Of a stretch of DNA of 64,000 bases, positions 39,294 through 49,329 are shown piece by piece. How positions within the stretch are numbered: the stretch's first letter is position 1; each line of letters begins with the position of its first letter. Where the stretch lies: contig CAVXTP010000006.1 of the NCBI GenBank assembly GCA_963764715.1, positions 416,001-480,000 on the forward strand, written 5' to 3'. The position numbers were made by a program, and so were the translations under genes. Below the pieces are notes generated by a model that ran no database searches, was not told the DNA's origin, and was given only the letters and a program-made list of their open reading frames with translations. The stretch comes from an uncultured Acidobacteriota bacterium (GTDB lineage Bacteria; Acidobacteriota; Thermoanaerobaculia; UBA5066; Gp7-AA6).

Positions 39294-40370
39294 ATGTCCA
39301 AATCCGTGAATGCGCCCGCGGGAACCAAGGCGCTCGACTTCCTGCAGCCGGAGGGGCCCAACCCCCACGGCGGCCGCGGACGAAGCATCATCCTGAACCA
39401 TCCCGAGATCCGGGATCTCGTCGGGAAGAACCCCGTCACGTTCTGGATCACGCTCGGCATCGTCCTCGTGCAGACCGCCCTGGCCGCGGCCCTCCACACC
39501 AGCCCCTGGTGGCTCATCGTCCTCGTCGCGGTCACGGTCGGGGCCTTCGCCAACCATGCCCTCTGGGTCGTGATCCACGAGGTGACCCACAACCTGATCT
39601 TCAAGACGCCGGGTGCGAACACGCTCGTCGGCATCCTCGCCAACCTCCCGCACGGCGCGCCCACCTCGGTCTTCTTCCAGCGCTACCACATGAAGCACCA
39701 CGCGTTCCTCGGGACTTACGACTTCGATGCCGACATCCCGAGCCGCTGGGAACAGAAGCTCTTCGGCCGGTCCGCCCTCGGGAAGGCCTGCTGGATGTTC
39801 GTTTTCTCCATCATTCAGGCCCTGCGCCCGGTGCGCCTGCGCGTCCTCAAGCCGATCGACCGCTGGGTCGTGATCAACGTCGTCGCCCAGGTGATCTACG
39901 ACGGCGCGCTGCTCTACTTCTGGGGCCCCAAGGCGCTCGCCTACATGTTCATCTCGCTCATGTTCAGCGTCGGCCTCCATCCGCTCGGCGCGCGCTGGAT
40001 CCAGGAGCACTACATCGTGTTCCCGGGCCAGGAGACGGCCGACTATTACGGGCCGCTCAATCCGTTCGCCCTGAACGTCGGGTTCCACAACGAGCACCAC
40101 GACTTCCCGTCGATCCCCTGGAACCGGCTGCCCGAGGTCAAGCGCGCGGCGCCGGAGGCCTACGACACGCTTCACTACCACCCGTCCTGGTCGAAGCTCC
40201 TCTGGCGGTTCATCGTCGACCCGAACATCTCCCTCTACACGCGCTACGTGCGCGAGGGCCCCTCGAGTGGCGCGAAGTTCGAGGAGGCGAAGGCCGCCTC
40301 CCAGCAGCTCCCCGAGCCCACGGCCGACCCGAGCCTCCGCCGGCCCCCGGCCAATCAGCAGTCCGCGTAG
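39294..40370 (+). CDS. Membrane desaturase, sphingolipid delta-4 desaturase/C4-hydroxylase (DEGS/DES1)-like
   Basis: His boxes HEVTH, HMKHH, HNEHH; GLHPL...EHY; YYGPLN...NVGFHNEHHDFP; N-terminal PH..R...I...HPEI. Confidence 0.85.
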   Translation: MSKSVNAPAGTKALDFLQPEGPNPHGGRGRSIILNHPEIRDLVGKNPVTFWITLGIVLVQTALAAALHTSPWWLIVLVAVTVGAFANHALWVVIHEVTHNLIFKTPGANTLVGILANLPHGAPTSVFFQRYHMKHHAFLGTYDFDADIPSRWEQKLFGRSALGKACWMFVFSIIQALRPVRLRVLKPIDRWVVINVVAQVIYDGALLYFWGPKALAYMFISLMFSVGLHPLGARWIQEHYIVFPGQETADYYGPLNPFALNVGFHNEHHDFPSIPWNRLPEVKRAAPEAYDTLHYHPSWSKLLWRFIVDPNISLYTRYVREGPSSGAKFEEAKAASQQLPEPTADPSLRRPPANQQSA

Positions 40371-40427
40371 CTCGCTCGCGGGAACCGCGCCGCGCCTCCG
40401 GGTTCTCCTCTTTCAGGAGGGCCCGCC

Positions 40428-41174
40428 ATGTTCGACACGGCGCTGATCGAGTCCGCTTCCCACCCGGGCGACGGCCGGCGGGCCCGGAGTCTGCCGCTCG
40501 CCGCCGGATTCCACGCCGCGGTCCTCGGCACGCTCGTCGTCTCCGCGCTCTGGTCGACCGGCCAGGCCCCCGAGCCGACGATCTCGCTCGTCTTTCCGTC
40601 CTTCCCGGGCGGTCCGCCGCCGCCCCCGCCCGGAGGGCGCGTCGATCTCGTCCGCGCGGCGGTCCCGCCGCGAACCCGCGTCGAGCGGATGCCGGAGCGA
40701 ATCCCGGACCTTCCGCCGATCTCGTCGACCGACGTCCAGCCCGAATCGAACGCCGGCCGCTCCGACGGGCATGACGATGCGTCCGCCGGCGAGAACGGCG
40801 GAGGGGCGGAGGGAATGCGCGGAGGCGTTCCCGGGGGCCTTCCGGACGGGGACGGCGGAGTCGCCACGGATTCCATCGCTCCGTACCGGCCCGGCGTCGA
40901 CGGCGTGACGGTCCCCGAGCTTCTCGAGAGGGTCGACCCGACCTACCCCGAGGCGGCGCGCAAGGGTCGGATCCAGGGCGTCGTCATCCTCGAGGCCGTC
41001 ATCACGGCGGCGGGCGCCGTCGACGAGGTCCGCATCGTCCGCTCCCCGAGCCCCCTCTTCGACGCAGCGGTCGAGGCCGCTGTTCGGCGGTGGCGCTACC
41101 GGCCGGCGACCCTGAACGGCCGCGCCGTGCCGGTGCTCCTGACGGTCACGGTCCGCTTCGGGCTCGAGGGATAG
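40428..41174 (+). CDS. TonB family protein
   Basis: TM helix with His, Pro-rich linker, PTYPEAARKGRIQGVVIL...WRYRPA. Confidence 0.85.
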   Translation: MFDTALIESASHPGDGRRARSLPLAAGFHAAVLGTLVVSALWSTGQAPEPTISLVFPSFPGGPPPPPPGGRVDLVRAAVPPRTRVERMPERIPDLPPISSTDVQPESNAGRSDGHDDASAGENGGGAEGMRGGVPGGLPDGDGGVATDSIAPYRPGVDGVTVPELLERVDPTYPEAARKGRIQGVVILEAVITAAGAVDEVRIVRSPSPLFDAAVEAAVRRWRYRPATLNGRAVPVLLTVTVRFGLEG

Positions 41175-41176
41175 GC

Positions 41177-42463
41177 CTACGGCATCAGCTGCGCCTGCAC
41201 CATGAATGCGCTGTCGTTGGCCGGCGAGCCGGTGGGGCGCTGGCGGTGCGTGCGGCTGTAGTCGAGGACGATCTTCAGGCTGTTGCGCCGGAAGTAGTAG
41301 GAGGTGGCGGCCGAGACGACCGACGACGCCTCCGCGCGCGACGCTGCGGTTGTAGTCGACGTAGGCATAGCGCGCCGCGAGGTCGAGCCGGCTCGGAAGG
41401 ATGAAGTACCCGGCCTGCCGTACCACCCGTACGCGTAGAGCCGCGCGCCGCTCGTGTCGCCCTGCGCCTGTCCGTAGAAGCCTTCCGCCTGGACGAGAAG
41501 CCGCACCACTTGAACTGCGCGTCGAAGCCCCACGACTTGGATGTCGACTTTCTCGCCGACCTCGAAGAGACCGACGTTGCGCCCGAGCCAGCCGGTTGGT
41601 CCCGCGTAGTTGAGCGTAGGGCCTCGAACGCGAGGTCGCGATCTTGCGGAGGGTGTTGACGAAAACCGTTCGCGCCGAACGAGAGGGCGGGCGTCTGCGT
41701 GGCTCTGGAGGTCGGCCTCGCTCGCTCCCATGCTTCCGAGCGGATTGACGACCAGACGCAGCATCGGCATGACGTGGTTGGTCGACGCGCAGCGTGTTCT
41801 GCCCGTACGCCTCCGAAGACCCCGGCCTGATACGCGAAGAGCCCGTCGCCGAACCCGCCGAAGGCCATCAGGCCGATGTCGCGGCTGGGCTTGAAGGCAT
41901 CGGTCGCGAGCGAACGCTCCGGAAACTGCAGCACCCCGTCGTTGTAGAGCTCCTGGCGCGAGTACGGCGTCTTGTACTCGCCGAACTGGGCCGAGAGCCG
42001 CCTCGGCGAACTTCCAGTCCGAGCCAGGCGTCGTCGAGATACCGATTCGACGCCGTGCTCTCGAGGGCGAGCCTGCAAGCGCCAGGTCAGCCGGGGATCG
42101 AGGGCGAAACCCGGAAATGAAGAGCTTGAACCGTCGGACCCGGAACTCGTTTGCGTCGATGATCGACGGCGGCCGCGTCGAGGTCGACGTGCGTGTAGCG
42201 CACCTGCAGGTTGAATCCGAGGCTCGCCTCGAAGAGGCCGTCCGGCGTACGGAAGACGACGCCCCGGTTCTCGACGTACTCGATGGCCGGTTTGGCAGGC
42301 TTGGCGGCCTTCTCGTCGGGCTTGTCGGGGGTCGCGGGAGCGTTCTGCGCGACGAGAGTCTCGGGCGTTGGCGGCGTCGCCGGGTCGGGTCCGTCCTCGC
42401 CCCGCGCCATGCCGCCGCCCCGAGGATGAGGCACCCCGCCGCAACCCAGACCCGACGCCGCAT
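41177..42463 (-). CDS. OprO/OprP-type anion-selective porin, multiple frameshifts
   Basis: Fragments LQVRYT, FRVRR.KL, QFGEYKTPYSRQEL, LQFPERS, RDIG, DLAARY, FMVQAQL spread across frames. Confidence 0.7.
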   Translation of the reverse strand: MRRRVWVAAGCLILGAAAWRGARTDPTRRRRQRPRLSSRRTLPRPPTSPTRRPPSLPNRPSSTSRTGASSSVRRTASSRRASDSTCRCATRTSTSTRPPSIIDANEFRVRRFKLFISGFRPRSPADLALAGSPSRARRRIGISTTPGSDWKFAEAALGPVRRVQDAVLAPGALQRRGAAVSGAFARDRCLQAQPRHRPDGLRRVRRRALRVSGRGLRRRTGRTRCASTNHVMPMLRLVVNPLGSMGASEADLQSHADARPLVRRERFSSTPSARSRPRVRGPTLNYAGPTGWLGRNVGLFEVGEKVDIQVVGLRRAVQVVRLLVQAEGFYGQAQGDTSGARLYAYGWYGRPGTSSFRAGSTSRRAMPTSTTTAASRAEASSVVSAATSYYFRRNSLKIVLDYSRTHRQRPTGSPANDSAFMVQAQLMP

Positions 42464-42498
42464 CGCCTACCTCCGGCGCGAACTATCGCCCGTCGCTT

Positions 42499-42540
42499 CG
42501 ATTCTTGCAAATGGAATCGTATTGATTCATATAGAATCGT
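42499..42540. promoter_or_regulatory. AT-rich candidate operator/promoter between porin and mod operon
   Basis: CGATTC-N9-GAATCG then GATTC-N5-GAATC, overlapping -10 TAGAAT (42532-42537). Confidence 0.55.
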
Positions 42541-42545
42541 CCGCC

Positions 42546-42946
42546 ATGCCGAAGACGCCCGGGGTCGTCCCTGACTCCCGCCGAGGCCGCGAAGGCCCTC
42601 GGCGTCAGCTACCCCACCATCAAGCAGTGGATCTACAGGAAGACGGATCCGCTCGGTCCGCACGCCGGGAGGGCACCACCGGATCCCGCGCTCGGAGATC
42701 GCGCGGCTCGGAGGGGCGCGGCCGGCTGCCTCGGCGCTCGACGCCATCAGCGGCCGCAACAAGCTCGCCGGGGTCGTCACGAAGGTCCGGGTCTCGGGCC
42801 TGCTCGCCGAGGTCACCCTCGACGTCGGCGGCCAGACGCTCACGGCGATCATCACGGCCGGGGCCGTGCGGCAGCTCGGCCTGAAGGCCGGCTCTCCCGC
42901 CGTCGCGCTCATCAAGGCCACCGAAGTCATGGTCATCCGGGGCTGA
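42546..42946 (+). CDS. Excisionase-type HTH plus TOBE molybdate-binding regulator, frameshifted
   Basis: LGVSYPTIKQWIY, RTPGGHHRIP, ISGRNKLAGVV...LIKATEVMV reconstructed across frames. Confidence 0.8.
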
Positions 42947-42958
42947 GAAGGGAGCGGC

Positions 42959-43712
42959 ATGAAGAAGACTCCTTGCGTTCGGGCTGCTTCTCGTCTTCGT
43001 CGCTCGCGTTCGCGGCTCCGCCCCGACGAGATCCTCGTCTTCGGCGCCGCGAGCCTCACCGAATCGCTGCAGGAGCTCGGCAAGCAGTTCGAGGCGTCGA
43101 CCGGGACACGAAGGTGGTCTTCTCCTTCGCGCTCCTCGAGCGACCTCGCCCGCCAGATCGAGGCCGGCGCCCCGGCCGACGTCTTCTTCTCGGCCGACAC
43201 CGCGAAGATGGATGCTCTCGAGAAGGCCGGCCTCGTGCGCGCGGGCGACCGGCGGGAGTTCCTCTCGAACGTGCTCGTCGTCGTGGTGCCGTCCGATTCG
43301 ACGGCGACGATCGCGTCGGCGAAGGACCTCGAGGCCCTCCCGAAGCTGGCGCTGGCCGACCCCGCCGCGGTCCCGGCCGGCATTTACGCGAAGAAGTGGC
43401 TGACCCAGGAAGGCGTCTGGGACGCGATCGAGAAGAAGCTCATCCCGACCCTCGACGTGCGCGCCGCGCTCGCGGCGGTCGCCGGGGCGGACATCCCCGC
43501 CGGCATCGTCTACCGCACGGACGCCGTCGGTCTCGAAGGAGGTCCGGATCGCCTACACGGTGACGAACGGACCCGCGATCACCTACTCCCTCGCTCCCGT
43601 CGCCGCGTCGAAGCATCCGGAGGCGGCCGCGAAGTTCGTCGACTTCCTCGACTCGCCCGCCGGCCGCGCCGCCTTCGAGCGCCGGGGATTCCTGATCCGC
43701 GCGACGCCTTGA
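42959..43712 (+). CDS. modA: Molybdate ABC transporter substrate-binding protein, frameshifted
   Basis: GAASL, SSSDLARQIEAGAPADVFFSAD, VPAGIYA, DVRAAL, GIVYRTD. Confidence 0.88.
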
Positions 43713-44387
43713 CCCCCGACGACGTCTCGATCCTCCTGCTCACGGTCCGGGTCGCCGTCGATCGCGACGCTGCTCATCCTTCCGCTCGGGGTCGCGGCCG
43801 CCTGGGCGCTCTCCCGCCGGGGAGGGCCGCTGCGCACGCTCGCCGAGACCGTGCTTTCCCTGCCCCTCGTCCTGCCCCCGACGGCCGTCGGGATCCTGCT
43901 CCTCGACGCCCTGCGCCGCCGCAGCGCGCTCGGCGGGCTCCTCGCGCGTTTCGACATCGAGGTGCTCTTCACGACGAAGGCGGTGGTGCTCGCCACCGCC
44001 GTCATGGCCTTTCCCCTTCTCGTCCGCCCGGCCCGGGCGGCGTTCGAAGAGGTGGATCGCCGCCTGCCCGGGATCGCGCGCTCGCTCGGCTGCGGGCCGT
44101 TCGAGGCCTTCCGCCGCGTGACGCTGCCGCTCGCGGGCCGCGGGATCCTGACGGGAACGCTCCTCGCCTTCTCGCGCGCGCTCGGCGAATTCGGCGCGAC
44201 GATCATCGTCGCCGGCAACATCCCCGGCCGCACCCAGACGATGGCCCTCGCGATCTTCCAGCGGCACCAGATCGGCCAGGATGCCGGCGCGATGCGCCTG
44301 GTCTGGGTGACGGTCGTGATCGCGTTCGCGGCCGTGCTCGCCTCGGAGCTCATCGGGCGCCGCCGCCGGGACGGGGCCGCCCGATGA
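43709..44387 (+). CDS. modB: Molybdate ABC transporter permease, frameshift near 43760
   Basis: LPLVLPPTAVG, FSRALGEFGATIIVAGNIPGRTQT. Confidence 0.9.
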
Positions 44388-45451
44388 TCGAGCTCGACCT
44401 CCGGGTGCCGCTCGCCGAATTCACCCTCGAGCTGTCGTCCCGCCTCTGCTCCGACGCGGTCGCCGTGCTCGGGCCCTCGGGCGCCGGGAAGACGTCGCTC
44501 CTCGAGGCCCTGGCCGGCCTGCGACCGAACGCCGATGGCCGGATCGCGATCGACGGCGAGGTCCTGCTCGATTCCGGGCGCGGGGTCCGCCTTCCGCCCG
44601 AGCGCCGCCGGATCGGCTACGTTCCCCAGGACTCCTGCCTCTTTCCGCACCTCGACGTCGAGCGCAACGTCCGGTTCGGAATGCGCGGGCCGGACCGCGA
44701 GAGCCTTTTCGCCGAGGCCGTCGCGATCCTTCGGATCGGGCCGCTGCTCGCCCGCTTTCCGGACACGCTCTCGGGAGGCGAGCGCCAGCGCGTCGCCCTT
44801 GCCCGGGCGATCGCGACCCGGCCGCGGCTCCTGCTGCTCGACGAGCCGCTGGCGGCCGTCGACGTCGAGCTCCGGGAGCGGATCCTTCCCTACCTCCTGC
44901 GCATCCGCGACACGCTGCGGATCCCCTGCCTCTACGTCACGCACAACACCGGCGAGGCCGCCGCCATCGCGCCCGAGGCGCTTCTCCTGCGGCGCGGCGC
45001 GCTCGTCCGGCAGGGCCCCACGGCCGACGTGCTGCGCGAGATGCGGTCCTCGTCGGTCGACCCGGACGCGCGGTTCGACAACGTCGTCGCGGGCGAGCTC
45101 GAAAGCGGCCGTCCCGGCGACGAGAAGGCGGTGCTCCGGGCCGGGGCGGCGCGGCTCGTCGTCCCGGCCGCACCCGCGGCGCCGGCCGGAGCGCGCGCGA
45201 TCTACGCGGTCTCGCCCGACGACATCCTCGTCTCGACGCAGCCGCCCGAGCACGTCTCGGCGCGCAACGTTCTCGAGGGTCGCGTCGCGTCCGCCGACGG
45301 CTCGGCGGAGGGCGCGTGGATCGGCGTCGAGGCCGCCGGCCTCGCCTGGACCGTCCGGGTCACGCGCTCCTCGACGGAGGAGCTCGGACTGGCGCCCGGC
45401 GCGCGGGTCTGGCTCACGATCAAGACGCACGCGTTCCGGAGGTTGTCCTAG
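44384..45451 (+). CDS. modC: Molybdate ABC transporter ATPase with TOBE domains
   Basis: GPSGAGKT, LSGGE, LLLLDEP, SARN. Confidence 0.9.
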   Translation: MIELDLRVPLAEFTLELSSRLCSDAVAVLGPSGAGKTSLLEALAGLRPNADGRIAIDGEVLLDSGRGVRLPPERRRIGYVPQDSCLFPHLDVERNVRFGMRGPDRESLFAEAVAILRIGPLLARFPDTLSGGERQRVALARAIATRPRLLLLDEPLAAVDVELRERILPYLLRIRDTLRIPCLYVTHNTGEAAAIAPEALLLRRGALVRQGPTADVLREMRSSSVDPDARFDNVVAGELESGRPGDEKAVLRAGAARLVVPAAPAAPAGARAIYAVSPDDILVSTQPPEHVSARNVLEGRVASADGSAEGAWIGVEAAGLAWTVRVTRSSTEELGLAPGARVWLTIKTHAFRRLS

Positions 45452-45548
45452 TCGGTTTCGTCCGCCCGAAGACAGCACCCGTCCCAAGATTGTGGCGAGG
45501 AGATTCCCAGATTCGTAAGGTGCACGGGACGACAGGGAGGCAACCGAC

Positions 45549-46088
45549 ATGGCTCTCCTGACTCTCTCCGCTCTCGCCGGCATCCTGGCCCTGACCGTGG
45601 GAGAGACGGAGACCGTCCGCCCGCACTCGGACGGCACCGCCGCCACCCCGGCGCCGAAGCCGTGCTCCTCGCCCGAGTACCGCCAGTTCGACTTCTGGCT
45701 CGGGGAATGGGACGTGACCGAGGGCGGCAAGCCCGCCGGGATCAACCGGATCACCTCCATCCTCGGCGGCTGCGCGGTGCGCGAGGAGTGGAAGGGCGTC
45801 AGCGGCCTGACCGGGACGAGCCTCAACATGTGGGACGCGGCAAAGAAACAGTGGAGCCAGACCTGGGTCGACGACAAGGGCAACGTCCTTCTTCTGACGG
45901 GGGGCCGCCAGGGGCCGAAGATGGTGCTCGAGGGTGAAAAGCCGCAGGCCCAGGGGACGGTCCGGAATCGCATCACCTGGACGCCGGTCGCCGGCGGCCA
46001 CGTTCGGCAGCTCTGGGAAACCTCCACCGACGGAGGGAAGACCTGGGCGAAGGAGTTCGACGGGGACTACGCGGCCGAGGAAGAGATA
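45549..46088 (+). CDS. Secreted hypothetical protein (DUF1579-like); true stop probably TAG 46086-46088
   Basis: Signal peptide, [30 protein letters not shown]; the ORF-track extension runs into a REP cluster. Confidence 0.7.
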
Positions 46089-46106
46089 GCGCGGCGCGAT
46101 TCGCAG

Positions 46107-46248
46107 GAGGGCGGCCACGGGCCGTCCACCAACGGCAGACCCCCGACCTGTAGGCAACGCCGCGGGAACCGCGGTGTTAACCCCGCCCCTACTCTGCCTT
46201 GCTGCCGATGGCCTCCCCGGTCGTAGGGGCGGCCCGTGGCCGCCCTCG
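46107..46248. repeat. Cluster of GTAG-family REP units
   Basis: GTAGGGGCGGCCCGTGGCCGCCCTC (46223), a degenerate inverted copy near 46108, and ...AACCCCGCCCCTAC near 46190. Confidence 0.65.
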
Positions 46249-47956
46249 TTACCTCAACCCCTCCGCCCCCTTCGTCAGCCGCGTCAGTCCCGTCCCGTCC
46301 GCGTTCATGACCCACACGTCGTGGACGCCGCCCGTCTGGCCGGAGAAGAGGATCCGCCTGCCGTCCGGCGACCAGCCGGCCTGCGACCAGACGTCCATGC
46401 CGTGCGTCAGGCGCCGTGACGGTCCCCGAAGCGACCTCCAGCCGGTAGAGATCGCGGCCTCCGTCCCGCGTCGAGACGAACGCGATCGAGCGACCGTCGG
46501 GCGAAAACGCCGGCGTCTCGTCGGTCGCCGCGCTTGCCGGGAGCGGCGAGACGGCCCCGGAGGCGAGGTCGAAGAGGTAGAGCTGGTTCCGCACGTCGCG
46601 GTCGGCGAAGAAGGCGAGCGTGCGGTCGTCGGGGCTCCAGCTCGGCACCTGGCTCGACCAGGCGTTCGACGTCAGCCGCCGCACGTTGCGGCCGTCGAGA
46701 TCGGCGACGTACAGCTCCCAGTGAAACCTGTCGTTCGCGAGGGTCCCGCGCTGGAACGCGAATCGGCGCCCGTCGCGCGACGGGACCGGCACGCCGTCGA
46801 AGCCCGGGCCGCCGACCAGGCGCTTCGGATTCGAGCCGTCGGCATCCATCACGTAGAGGTCGACCTTCCCCTCGGCGCTCCAGTCGCGCGGCGACTGGAA
46901 GAGGATGCGTTTCCCGTCGCGGGTGTACTGCGGGTGAGCGTCGCGTCCGGGGCTCCACGTCAGGCGCCGCGCATCCGACCCGTCGGCGGCCATCGTGTAG
47001 ACCTCCCAGTCGCCGTCGCGCGTCGAGGAGAAGACGATGCGGCTCCCGTCCGGCGACCACTGGGGAAAGGAGTTGTCGTAGGCGGCGTTGGTCACCTGCC
47101 GCCGGTTGCCGCCGTCGGCGTCCATGACGAAGATCTCGAAGCGGCCTCCCGGTTCGTCGGAGTAGTAGGCGATCCGGGTCCCGTCGGGGGACCAGGCGAG
47201 CTCGTACTCGGTCGCGGCGTCCCGCGTGAGATTGCGGGGGTTCGACCCGTCGCGGTCCATCACGAATATCTCGGCGTTGCCCTCGCGCTCGCTGAAGAAG
47301 GCGATCCGGCGCCCGTCCGGCGACATCTCGGCGGCCCCGTCCGCGGCCTTGTCGGTCGTGAGGCGGCGGGGAACGCCCCCCTCCGCGGACACGATCCAGA
47401 CGTCCTGGTTGTCGCCGTGCTTCCCGGTGAAGAGGATCTCCTTGCCGTCCGGTGTCCAGGACGCGTGGCCGTCGCCGCCGGGGCTCGTCGTGAGCCGCCG
47501 CGGGTTCGACCCGTCGGCGTCGCAGACGTAGACCTCGCCGTCGCCGTCCCGGTCGGAATCGAACGCGATCCTCCGTCCGTCGGGCGACCAGGCCGGATGC
47601 CGCGCGAATTCCTCGCCCGCCGAGTCGCCGCGGTCGGTCAGCCGCTTCTCGCCCGTCCCGTCGGGGCGGATCCGGTAGAGGTTCCAGAACCCGTCGCGGT
47701 TGGAGTCGAAGAGGATCCACTGCCCGTCCGGCGACCAGGCCGGGTGCGTGTCTTCGCCGCCGCTCCGGGTCAGGCGGCGCTCCCCGCTCCCGTCCGCTCC
47801 GATGACGTAGAGCTGCGTCCGGCCGTGCCGCTCGCTCTGGAAGACGAGCCACCGGCCGTCGGGAGACCAGGAAGGATTGATGTCGAGGAAATTGGGCGAG
47901 GGCGCGGGGGACGCGGCCGCGGCGAGAGCGAGGAGTCCGGCGGCCAGGGTCGGCAT
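46249..47956 (-). CDS. Secreted TolB-like PD40-repeat beta-propeller protein, frameshift near 46415
   Basis: Signal peptide; about twelve P.WSPDG..I.F.S.RDG..EIYVM.ADG repeats. Confidence 0.88.
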
Positions 47957-47964
47957 GCGGGGAC

Positions 47965-48285
47965 CTACTTCGAGGGCGGGAGGCTCGCGAGCCACCGCTC
48001 CACGGCTTCGCGGTCGGCCCCCTTGAGCCGCTTCAGGACACCGGGAGCGTGGCCCGAGATGGTCTCCGGCCGGTCGAAGGGCAGCTTCGAGTACATCTTG
48101 CCTCCCGGCTCGTGACAGGGCGCGCACTTTCCGGCGAGCAAGGGGCGGATAGTCGAGGCGAAGGCGTCCGTCTTCGCGGCCGCCTCCGGCGCGCCCCCGG
48201 CCGGCGGTTTCGGTGACTGCGCGACGTTCCAGATCCCGATCGGCAGGCCGAGCAGGACCACTCCCGCGAGCATCCCGGCCCTCAT
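47965..48285 (-). CDS. Small exported monoheme c-type cytochrome-like protein
   Basis: Hydrophobic N-terminus, CAPCH heme motif followed by PGGKM. Confidence 0.65.
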   Translation of the reverse strand: MRAGMLAGVVLLGLPIGIWNVAQSPKPPAGGAPEAAAKTDAFASTIRPLLAGKCAPCHEPGGKMYSKLPFDRPETISGHAPGVLKRLKGADREAVERWLASLPPSK

Positions 48286-48545
48286 CGCGGCATCCGGTTC
48301 ATCGGACCTCCCCTCCGGAAAACGAGATTGGGGCGGACGGCGCCCCTCTCGTCCTTCGGCCGCCCCTCCGCCGGGACCTTTCGTCCCAACAGATACGGTT
48401 CTCGTCCTCGAACGGGACTCGAGTTCCGCTTTTTGAACCCGACGTCCGGAAAACTGGGCCGAAATGACCCGGCATATCGATGTAACTCCTTTCGTTCCTT
48501 TACGTATCAGCCCATGCGGCGTTGCAGAAAAAGAGGAGGGTGGGC

Positions 48546-49313
48546 ATGAAAATCCGGACCCTGATCGTCGACGACGAGCCACTCGCCCGCGAGTGGGTTC
48601 GCAACGGACTCCAGGACGAGGCGGACATCGAGATCATCGGTGAGTGCGGCGACGGTTTCGAGGCCGTCAAGGCGATCACCGAGATGAAGCCGCAGCTCGT
48701 CCTGCTCGACGTGCAGATGCCGGGCCTCGACGGGTTCGGCGTGCTCGCGAGCTGCGACCCGCAGGACCTGCCGGCCGTCATCTTCGTGACCGCCTTCGAC
48801 CGCTACGCCCTCAAGGCCTTCGAGGCCCACGCCGTCGACTACCTCATGAAGCCCTTCTCGAGCGAGCGGCTGCACGCCGCCGTCGAGCGCGCCCGCGGCG
48901 AGATCGACAAGAGCTCCTCGCGGCAGCTCAAGGCCACGCTCCACGCGCTCCTCGAGGACATCCAGCGCGAGCGCGCGTACCCCGAGTGGCTCCTCATCAA
49001 GAAGGACGAGCGGAGCGTCTTCCTGCGGGTCGCCGACGTCGACTGGATCGAGTCCTCGCGCAACAACGTGCGACTCCACGTCGGCAAGGAGGTCTACGTC
49101 TTCCACGAGACGACCTCGGGCATCGAGTCGCGGCTGGACCCGAAGAGGTTCTTCCGCATCCACCGCTCGACGATCGTCAACATCGAGCGGATCAAGGAAA
49201 TGCACCCCTGGTTCAACGGCGACTACGCGGTGACGCTGAAGGACGGCACGAAGCTGACGCTCTCGAGCACCTACCGGGAGCGGCTCAAGGAGTTCCGCCG
49301 GCTGGCGGTCTAG
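48546..49313 (+). CDS. LytTR-family response regulator
   Basis: IVDDE, LLDVQMP, TAFD, DYLMKP, RIHRSTIVN; SD GAGGAGG. Confidence 0.93.
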   Translation: MKIRTLIVDDEPLAREWVRNGLQDEADIEIIGECGDGFEAVKAITEMKPQLVLLDVQMPGLDGFGVLASCDPQDLPAVIFVTAFDRYALKAFEAHAVDYLMKPFSSERLHAAVERARGEIDKSSSRQLKATLHALLEDIQRERAYPEWLLIKKDERSVFLRVADVDWIESSRNNVRLHVGKEVYVFHETTSGIESRLDPKRFFRIHRSTIVNIERIKEMHPWFNGDYAVTLKDGTKLTLSSTYRERLKEFRRLAV

Positions 49314-49329
49314 ACCGCCGCCCAGTTTC

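Noticed and set aside
39127-39300. Integrative element at tRNA-Thr
   Set aside because: No integrase, no duplicated tRNA 3' end noticed in the window, and no clear compositional shift.
42959-45451. 830-aa ModA-ModC fusion ORF
   Set aside because: Artefact of indels; the middle section is off-frame and modB lies in another frame.
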